This document shows positions 9,239 to 15,148 of a stretch of DNA of 20,000 bases, piece by piece (the stretch's first letter is position 1; every line of letters starts with the position of its first letter). This stretch comes from an uncultured virus (IMG/VR IMGVR_UViG_3300047564_002075) (Duplodnaviria; Heunggongvirae; Uroviricota; Caudoviricetes): IMG/VR virus record IMGVR_UViG_3300047564_002075. One strand, given 5' to 3'. Below the pieces are notes generated by a model. That model saw nothing but the letters and a program-made list of their open reading frames with translations, searched no databases and was not told where the DNA came from. The translations under genes and the position numbers were made by a program.

Positions 9239-9472
9239 TTAATCCTCTTCGTATTCGTCCTCTTCCTCAATGAACCTTAGAGATAACAATTCTTCATTAA
9301 TCACATGACCTTCATCATCAAACATTTCTGGGTGATATGTTAGTTTTGCAGAAAAGTAGTTATTGAAATACTCATTAGCAAACCACCCAATCACCAGACC
9401 CATCACCAGACTTCCGAGACAGAATAAAAAACTAAAGAACAAAATTGAAACTACTGATGATAATTCTGTCAT
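9239..9472 (-). CDS. Small membrane protein, conserved cyanophage hypothetical
   Basis: N-terminal hydrophobic helix ending G.VIGW, HPEMFD..G motif, acidic tail, GGAG RBS. Confidence 0.75.
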   Translation of the reverse strand: MTELSSVVSILFFSFLFCLGSLVMGLVIGWFANEYFNNYFSAKLTYHPEMFDDEGHVINEELLSLRFIEEEDEYEED

Positions 9473-9491
9473 TGGTTTTTCTCCGAGTGTA

Positions 9492-9665
9492 CTAATCTTC
9501 CGTTGATACTAATACCTCCACTTTGTATCTTTTTCTAAGGAAAGAAAATACACGAAAAAGGTGGAGGACATATGGTTTTGTTTCCGGCGGAACGCCTACA
9601 GAACTTCCTCCACTTATCATTGCTTTTACATTATTATTTAGATACTTAGATGGTATTTGTGTCAT
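9492..9665 (-). CDS. 57-aa hypothetical protein absent from the ORF track
   Basis: MTQIPSKYLNNNVKAMISGGSSVGVPPETKPYVLHLFRVFSFLRKRYKVEVLVSTED. ATGA overlap with the upstream stop; fills the gap exactly. Confidence 0.65.
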   Translation of the reverse strand: MTQIPSKYLNNNVKAMISGGSSVGVPPETKPYVLHLFRVFSFLRKRYKVEVLVSTED

Positions 9666-10369
9666 CTAATAACCTTCAACAAAATAAAATTGGTGGAAAT
9701 AATTTTTGGTGGTGACTTGAGTTTGTTTGGAAGGGATGTGAAAATATTTTCAATGGTAAATTGATTTGAATCAATCAATGAATCTAGAGAGTCAGAAATC
9801 TTTTTAAGTTTCTTTGTTCCACTAGAAGAATCATAGTTGATAATCCTAGATCCTTTACAGGATAGATTCTTACCACTAAAAACTGTTACCTCTTCAGTCT
9901 TGACATTGTAGAAAATGATGTGCTTAGATCCTACAATCTCAGTCTTTGAGCAGGGGACGTATTCTTTCCCGTCTATTGTAACACAGGTATCCAGAAGATT
10001 CAAGCCCTTGACAATTTTCTCTGGGGTCTGTGGGCGTGGTTTCCTGGCAACCTTCTTAGATTCCTTGTACTTGGATGCATCCTGAATGATATCCGTCAAC
10101 ATCTGTTTGAATTCTCTAAGTTCTGGTTTTCTAAAACTAGAATAAGCTTCTTTTAGAATTAGGTCTTCACCACTCAAAGCACCATCAATCTCAACAATCT
10201 GATTCTCAATGTTTTCAATTCCGACTGTTAGGAATTCATTGATAGTTTTCCTATCAACATTCTCAGATTGAAGATATTTGAAAAAACTTGCTTTAGGTTT
10301 TCTCTTACTAAGTGCATATTCATCAACGAGAGTTTCTACAAAGTAGCAAATCTCATTTACTTTTTTCAT
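9662..10369 (-). CDS. Hypothetical protein (T4-like phage; L.EAYS motif, Lys-rich linker)
   Basis: 235-aa ORF, ATGA-coupled to glutaredoxin upstream and to the small ORF downstream. Confidence 0.75.
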   Translation of the reverse strand: MKKVNEICYFVETLVDEYALSKRKPKASFFKYLQSENVDRKTINEFLTVGIENIENQIVEIDGALSGEDLILKEAYSSFRKPELREFKQMLTDIIQDASKYKESKKVARKPRPQTPEKIVKGLNLLDTCVTIDGKEYVPCSKTEIVGSKHIIFYNVKTEEVTVFSGKNLSCKGSRIINYDSSSGTKKLKKISDSLDSLIDSNQFTIENIFTSLPNKLKSPPKIISTNFILLKVIR

Positions 10370-10602
10370 ACTAGGTTGTTCTCCTTCAAGTATTTAATAG
10401 TATCTGTACAACCTCCAATGTGTTCATCATTAACTATTACTTGAGGGAACGTGGATCCCCTACCAAACTCAGAATAAAATTCTTCTTTAGTGAAATGATC
10501 ATCTAAATCATACACAACATAATCAGCTTCTATAAGTTCAAGAACTTGTTTTACTTTACTGCAATATGGGCAATTGTTTTTAGAATAAACTGTAAATTTC
10601 AT
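10366..10602 (-). CDS. nrdC: Glutaredoxin (T4 NrdC-like)
   Basis: CPYC active site, TFPQV and IGGCTD. Start taken at MKFTVYSK. Confidence 0.92.
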   Translation of the reverse strand: MKFTVYSKNNCPYCSKVKQVLELIEADYVVYDLDDHFTKEEFYSEFGRGSTFPQVIVNDEHIGGCTDTIKYLKENNLV

Positions 10603-10939
10603 CTCTAATCTCAAACGATCGGTCTATACTTTGTGCTGTAAAATCTTGTGCATGTAATTTTCTACCAAGATAGATTGCTCCTTTTCTTGGATTTGGTTTA
10701 CCACAGGTAAAGATATCACACACTGCGGTTCCTTTTTCAGGCCAAGTGTGAATTGAAATATGAGATTCTGCAAGTAGTGTTACTGCAGTGACTCCCTGTG
10801 GATCAAATTTATGAGTAGTCGTTTTTAAAAACGTGGCCCCCATATGGTGTGTCGCTTCCCAAAGTATCTTACGAATATAATCTTCGTCATCTAGTAGGGA
10901 AGCCTGACAACCATATAGAGTAAACACAATATGTTTCAT
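10580..10939 (-). CDS. speD: S-adenosylmethionine decarboxylase proenzyme (pyruvoyl-dependent)
   Basis: F.PQGVT...LLAESHISIHTWPE.G.A..DIFTCG containing the E-S autocleavage site. Confidence 0.93.
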   Translation of the reverse strand: MKHIVFTLYGCQASLLDDEDYIRKILWEATHHMGATFLKTTTHKFDPQGVTAVTLLAESHISIHTWPEKGTAVCDIFTCGKPNPRKGAIYLGRKLHAQDFTAQSIDRSFEIRDEIYSLF

Positions 10940-10962
10940 CTAGTCAAGAGTAAAATTGTATA

Positions 10963-11208
10963 TTATTTATTGGGATCCATTTTGCGAATTTGGAATAGGT
11001 TACTCTTATAGTATTTACGTTTTTGTTTGATTAATTTTTTAATTGCTTCAAATCTTTCCTGTTCTAGTTCTCTTTCTTCTCTAGTCTTTACTGGTTGAGA
11101 TTCGGAAACAGTCACGGGAAGATCTACTTTTCTAACTTCCTCTTCAACAGTCTCTGATTGCACATCAATTACTTGTTCTTCCATCGGTTTGTTCATGCGA
11201 GTGGTCAT
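10963..11208 (-). CDS. Small charged hypothetical protein
   Basis: Acidic N-half and basic C-half. True start may be the second or third Met because the -10 box lies only 2 nt upstream of 11208. Confidence 0.6.
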   Translation of the reverse strand: MTTRMNKPMEEQVIDVQSETVEEEVRKVDLPVTVSESQPVKTREERELEQERFEAIKKLIKQKRKYYKSNLFQIRKMDPNK

Positions 11209-11308
11209 CTATTATACCAGGAGTCTTTGGTTTTTGCAAGGTGAATAGTTGAGGCCAAGTATCCCTGATAATTTCAACAAGTTTGTATGGGGTATCGTCG
11301 TTGATCAT
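11165..11308 (-). CDS. 47-aa small protein absent from the ORF track
   Basis: MINDDTPYKLVEIIRDTWPQLFTLQKPKTPGIIDDHSHEQTDGRTSN. The TPYKL.EIIRDTWPQL segment resembles a small ORF I recall from cyanomyoviruses. AATAAATA lies 19 nt upstream. Confidence 0.6.
   Translation of the reverse strand: MINDDTPYKLVEIIRDTWPQLFTLQKPKTPGIIDDHSHEQTDGRTSN
11211..11239 (-). promoter_or_regulatory. Sigma70-type promoter
   Basis: TTGCAA-N17-TATAAT on the - strand. Confidence 0.7.
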
Positions 11309-11327
11309 AATGTTTTAAATTTAACAG

Positions 11328-11345
11328 TATTTATTTTTATAAATA
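11328..11345. promoter_or_regulatory. Back-to-back late promoters
   Basis: AATAAATA on - (11328-11335) and perfect TATAAATA on + (11338-11345). The + site points into the inserted operon. Confidence 0.75.
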
Positions 11346-11350
11346 AACGT

Positions 11351-11582
11351 GGAGGAGAAATCCTTCAGTTAGAGATCAAGATGTATTACTAAAAGATTCC
11401 AGTAATGGCTCTTTCATTAATGCTTCAACTCTAATTGAATTACGATTCAATTTGAAATAGTAATAATCCCAGACGATTCACTCGTGTCGTCTGTGGCACC
11501 GATTCGTCTGGCATTATGTCAGGGACGGATTGGATCGTTTTCTCCTCTCCAAACAACATTCTTTTCCTTAAGGAGAAAACAA
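11351..11582 (+). ncRNA. Putative structured 5' leader (cis-regulatory RNA) of the + strand operon
   Basis: Pairings read directly: 11352-60/11539-47, 11364-74/11429-39, 11433-40/11445-52 (UACG loop), 11463-76/11504-17, and 11537-46/11571-80 (covers the RBS). Confidence 0.55.
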
Positions 11583-12377
11583 ATGGCAGATCAAGTTTAT
11601 GTTCCAGATCCATGGTCAATGCTCGCAGGACAGCATTCAGACATTCGTAGAGAAGGTTCTGTAGAGCGTGGCGAGATTCGTTACGACGTTGCTACTCGTG
11701 CCGCTGACAACCGTTATGCTAACGCTGTTGGTCAAGGCGAAATCAAGTATGCTATCGCTGAACATTCCGAATCAACCAACCGTGACATTCTAACCACTGG
11801 TTTTAATACTTCAGTCAAGGTAGATGAAGCTGCTGATAAGATTCAGCAAAGAGCTGCTGACTTCTATATTGCTTCTCAAGCAAGAGATTTTGATAACTCT
11901 CGTGACCTTGCTGCTCTCAGAGCATCTCAAGACCTTGCAGCTCAGAAACTCAGCACAGAGATTCTTCTTGCTACCGAGAAGACTGCTACTGCTCAGGCTC
12001 TTGAGTCAGCAAGACTTGGTGCTGCTGTAGCACTCGGACAATCACAGATCAGCAAGGAAATTGCTGAGAGCAAGTATGACCTCAGCAAGCAGGTTGCTTA
12101 TGAGAATGAGAAGACTCGTGATCTCATCAATTCACTCAAGAATGATGAACTCAATAGACTTCTCATTGAGCGCAACACTGATATCAATAGCCTCCGTGGA
12201 GATTATTGGGGTGTTAGAGATGGTCTGTTCAACAGCCAATTCGCTGCACTATCTTCACAAGTTAACTCTCAGTTAAACTCACTTAACAGTCAGATTGCTG
12301 AGACCCGTCAGGGCATGGTTAACTTCGGAACCATGGCTGGTGTAGGTCAGTCTTCAACCAGCAACGCTGTACGCTGA
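11583..12377 (+). CDS. 264-aa Ala/Ser/Gln-rich coiled-coil protein with 11-residue repeats and an N/Q/S-rich C-terminal motif; function unknown
   Basis: AAGGAG RBS before ATG 11583 (the ORF-track GTG start lies in the leader). Hendecad periodicity visible. No Cys and no evident signal peptide. Confidence 0.85.
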   Translation: MADQVYVPDPWSMLAGQHSDIRREGSVERGEIRYDVATRAADNRYANAVGQGEIKYAIAEHSESTNRDILTTGFNTSVKVDEAADKIQQRAADFYIASQARDFDNSRDLAALRASQDLAAQKLSTEILLATEKTATAQALESARLGAAVALGQSQISKEIAESKYDLSKQVAYENEKTRDLINSLKNDELNRLLIERNTDINSLRGDYWGVRDGLFNSQFAALSSQVNSQLNSLNSQIAETRQGMVNFGTMAGVGQSSTSNAVR

Positions 12378-12395
12378 TTTAGTTCAGTAGTTATT

Positions 12396-12419
12396 AAGGG
12401 GGAGATGACTCCCCCTTTT
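12396..12419 (+). terminator. Internal hairpin with short U-tract (probably a leaky terminator or stabiliser)
   Basis: AAGGGGGAG-ATGA-CTCCCCCTT with only four Ts in total. The GAGGAG RBS of the next gene follows. Confidence 0.7.
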
Positions 12420-12433
12420 AGAGGAGAATAACT

Positions 12434-13006
12434 ATGGACTCAGCAGAAAGAAGACTCATTGATTTATATAATCTTCTCGCACAGTATCAGAGAAGTAATG
12501 ACCCGAATCTAATGGAAAACATTCAGTCTGTTCGTGCCGAAATTACACAGATGCTGAATGCCCGTGCTGGTGGAAACGATAACATCAACATCGTCATAGA
12601 CGGTGGCGAGTGCCCAGATGAGTGTCCCCCAGGACCGCCTGGACCTCCAGGAGAACAAGGGCCACCAGGGCCGCAGGGCCCACCAGGAGAACCAGGAGAA
12701 TGCACCTGCAGGTGCAAAAGCATCCTGGTTTCTGAAGATTATACTGCTACTTGCGATGATTACTACATCGGTGTCAATAGTGACGGACCTGTTACTATTA
12801 CATTACCTGAAGACTGCACCGACTGTTGTGAGATTATCGTGAAAGCAGAAATGGGTCCACCATTGGGCAACAGAAAAATTACAGTCACTACATCAAACGC
12901 TGCTTTGATTGATGGTGAAGGTGATTACATTATCACCACACCATATGGAGCAGTCAACTTGATTTGTCGTGGACTTGATTGGTATATTATCTCAACAAAA
13001 CTATGA
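12434..13006 (+). CDS. Cys-flanked short collagen-like protein with a phage-fibre-type C-terminal beta domain
   Basis: Eight Gly-X-Y triplets between CPDEC and CTCRC, 10 Cys in total. C-terminal DYYIGV...TITLP...IDG...YG...W.II pattern. GAGGAG RBS. Confidence 0.85.
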   Translation: MDSAERRLIDLYNLLAQYQRSNDPNLMENIQSVRAEITQMLNARAGGNDNINIVIDGGECPDECPPGPPGPPGEQGPPGPQGPPGEPGECTCRCKSILVSEDYTATCDDYYIGVNSDGPVTITLPEDCTDCCEIIVKAEMGPPLGNRKITVTTSNAALIDGEGDYIITTPYGAVNLICRGLDWYIISTKL

Positions 13007-13785
13007 ACTTTAATATTAAACCATCTCTACCTGACATAAGAGATCACATTTATAGAAGTGACAGCACAGAAGTTCTCAGGGAATCTGTAGATCTTCGTGA
13101 GTGGGATACAATAGTTGAATCACAATATGATCTGGGCAGTTGTGCTGCAAATGCGCTCACAAATGCATACGAACTGTGCGTGAAACGCAACTACCCAGAA
13201 CATTTTACTCATCTCAGTAGACTGTTTATCTATTATAACACCCGGCTTGAACATGGTGATATTGAAAAAGATACTGGAATGTTTTTAAGAGATGGTCTTA
13301 AATCATTATCAAAGTATGGAGTGTGTTCTGAATTATTATGGCCATATGATCAAGAAAAATTTAATGATACACCATCTGATGAATGCTATGAGGATGCTAA
13401 GAAAAGAAAAATCATTAAGTATGAAAAATTAATTAGCACTTATTATATCACTCAAGTTTTGAATAACAACAAACCAGTTGTATTTGGTATGGAAATTTAC
13501 GAAAGTTTTATGGAACTAAATGATCGTATTTCTACTGTAAGTTTCCCTTCCAGAAAAGAGAAAAGTCTTGGAGGACATGGGATGTGTATGGTCGGATATA
13601 ATTTAAAGGAAAGACTGTTTTTAGCAAAGAATAGTTTTGGTCCTACTTGGGGAAACAACGGTTACTGTTGGATTCCTTTTGATTACATTAATCAGGAAGG
13701 ATACGACATTTGGACTTTTGATATACCCAACCAATTAGGAGAATCAAATGTATTATACGAGGCACTACTACCCATATTATCATAG
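13003..13785 (+). CDS. Papain-family (C1A) cysteine peptidase
   Basis: Q-x3-GSC (QYDLGSC), SRLFIYY, GGH...VGY and KNSFG..WG..GY: oxyanion Gln and Cys/His/Asn triad intact. Start at 13003 overlaps the upstream stop (ATGA). Confidence 0.93.
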   Translation: MNFNIKPSLPDIRDHIYRSDSTEVLRESVDLREWDTIVESQYDLGSCAANALTNAYELCVKRNYPEHFTHLSRLFIYYNTRLEHGDIEKDTGMFLRDGLKSLSKYGVCSELLWPYDQEKFNDTPSDECYEDAKKRKIIKYEKLISTYYITQVLNNNKPVVFGMEIYESFMELNDRISTVSFPSRKEKSLGGHGMCMVGYNLKERLFLAKNSFGPTWGNNGYCWIPFDYINQEGYDIWTFDIPNQLGESNVLYEALLPILS

Positions 13786-13885
13786 GAGATATTATGACTA
13801 CTATGACTATTACCGCTATGGGTGTCATCCTTATTATGATAGATATTGCCCTTATTACTCATATTATCCTTTCTATCCTTACTAA
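13748..13885 (+). CDS. 45-aa tyrosine-rich peptide (22 Tyr) absent from the ORF track
   Basis: MYYTRHYYPYYHRRYYDYYDYYRYGCHPYYDRYCPYYSYYPFYPY. AGGAG RBS at 13737-13741. Mixed TAT/TAC codons argue against a simple DNA repeat. Confidence 0.85.
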   Translation: MYYTRHYYPYYHRRYYDYYDYYRYGCHPYYDRYCPYYSYYPFYPY

Positions 13886-13899
13886 GTAGGAGATTCAAA

Positions 13900-14151
13900 A
13901 TGTATTACCGTTATCAGCCATATCCATACTACAGGAGATACTACAGTTTAGATCCTTATTATTATAGAAGGTACTACAATCCATACTACAATTATCAACA
14001 GAATATAGTTGATAGTCAAGTATCAGACATAGACCAAAGTATTAATAACTTTGGGGATATGACTGATGTGATTCAAGATGCTGATGTTTTTCAAGTAATG
14101 TCACCAGAACCAGAAGAACCTCAAGAACAATCTCGCCTGATTCTACCATAA
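13900..14151 (+). CDS. 83-aa protein: Tyr/Arg/Pro-rich N-terminus, Q/N/D-rich NFGxM motif, acidic tail
   Basis: AGGAG RBS at 13888-13892 supports the start at MYYRYQPYPYYRRYY rather than 13846. Confidence 0.85.
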   Translation: MYYRYQPYPYYRRYYSLDPYYYRRYYNPYYNYQQNIVDSQVSDIDQSINNFGDMTDVIQDADVFQVMSPEPEEPQEQSRLILP

Positions 14152-14186
14152 TAAAAAAGAGTGGCACTAGACCACTCTTTCTTTTT
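14152..14186. terminator. Bidirectional intrinsic terminator closing the + operon
   Basis: AAAGAGTGG (14156-64) / CCACTCTTT (14172-80) with A-run left and T-run right, between convergent genes. Confidence 0.85.
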
Positions 14187-14188
14187 AT

Positions 14189-14470
14189 TCAGTTTTCTTC
14201 TAGTTCTTCTACACAGTCTTGGAAATAAGTTTTCTCAAGTTCTTTTGATTGTTTTGTATCAACAAGAACCCATTCTTTTTTAATATCAAGATAGGATTCC
14301 CAAATAGGAACTCCTTCCGATTCCATTCTTCTATAGAGAATACCTTTATACGGTGTAAAGTATTGTCCAGAGAAGTTACGAGCAACTTGCAGTTTAGGAT
14401 TTTTTAGTTGCTCTAAAGTTTGTTGAAGATTTGCAATTTGTTCTTCAATTTGTTCAATAGTTAATGACAT
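14189..14470 (-). CDS. Hypothetical protein with short N-terminal coiled coil
   Basis: 93-aa ORF starting MSLTIEQIEEQIANLQQTLEQLK, tightly packed with its neighbours. Confidence 0.7.
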   Translation of the reverse strand: MSLTIEQIEEQIANLQQTLEQLKNPKLQVARNFSGQYFTPYKGILYRRMESEGVPIWESYLDIKKEWVLVDTKQSKELEKTYFQDCVEELEEN

Positions 14471-14475
14471 AATTT

Positions 14476-14658
14476 TTAAAAATTAATAGATGTACATGGA
14501 AATTTTTGTTTGATCATCATCTCATTGTGATGTTTCATTTCTGTTTGAAGTCTTGCGATGTTTACTACATTTACAGAAACAAAAGAAGTAATTGTTCCAA
14601 ACCATATCCACAATAATATTTGAAGTGTTCTGTGGATTTCTTTTTGTTTTTTGTCCAT
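14476..14658 (-). CDS. Small single-pass membrane protein
   Basis: Basic N-terminus followed by hydrophobic ILLWIWFGTITSFVSVNVVNI. Confidence 0.6.
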   Translation of the reverse strand: MDKKQKEIHRTLQILLWIWFGTITSFVSVNVVNIARLQTEMKHHNEMMIKQKFPCTSINF

Positions 14659-14659
14659 A

Positions 14660-15082
14660 TCAATTTACCATGGCATCAAAAAGATTCGGGGAGTCATTAG
14701 TTTCTTCATCTATAAAAAGTTCTACCAAATCAAGGAAATAATACTCCACTTCTTGCAGTCCACCAGAACATCCCATATCCCATGCTTTATTAAAAATTTT
14801 ATCTGCTTTTGGATGTCCTGTTATTTTATACTTGTCAATGAGATCTCTACGAAATTCATCTTGAAGTCTTTTGTTTTCTTCATGATAATGTTTTAAATGA
14901 GCATTATAGGAAACTTCATCTAAAACATATTCCTCTACACAGTTTTCAGGTGCTTGGAATTCATCATCAAATTGTCGTTTCATCCCTACCATTACTCCCT
15001 TTCGGTAATAGTAGATTGTCATGTAATCGTCTTTCTTTGGAATTGAAACAGAAGTCTTTTGATAATATGAAAGTGGTTTCAT
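14660..15082 (-). CDS. Hypothetical phage protein
   Basis: 140-aa ORF with F..DL......HPKADK.F..AW..G.S.G..EV...F..LVEL segment. First gene after an early-type promoter. Confidence 0.75.
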   Translation of the reverse strand: MKPLSYYQKTSVSIPKKDDYMTIYYYRKGVMVGMKRQFDDEFQAPENCVEEYVLDEVSYNAHLKHYHEENKRLQDEFRRDLIDKYKITGHPKADKIFNKAWDMGCSGGLQEVEYYFLDLVELFIDEETNDSPNLFDAMVN

Positions 15083-15148
15083 ATTTTTTTAATGTAAAGG
15101 GACACTAAGACTGAAGGGAATAATCACCACCCCCCTGTCTCGCGGCAG

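Noticed and set aside
9555..9615. GTGGAGGA/TCCTCCAC inverted repeat as an ncRNA or riboswitch
   Set aside because: It falls inside a translationally coupled 57-aa ORF and I recognise no riboswitch consensus.
11484..11582. 33-codon N-terminal extension of the 297-aa ORF (GTG start)
   Set aside because: No RBS and it lies within the structured leader; a strong AAGGAG precedes ATG 11583.
12523..12723. Antisense Gly/Pro-rich ORF
   Set aside because: Mirror reading of the collagen codons.
13846..13899. Signal-peptide-like MPLLLILSFLSLLSRRFK at the start of the 101-aa ORF
   Set aside because: It is an off-frame reading of the 45-aa Tyr peptide gene from a TTG without an RBS; the supported start is 13900.
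11583..14151. Direct homology of the cassette to baculovirus occlusion-body or Bacillus spore-coat genes
   Set aside because: Only compositional analogy is visible; no alignable sequence evidence without a search.
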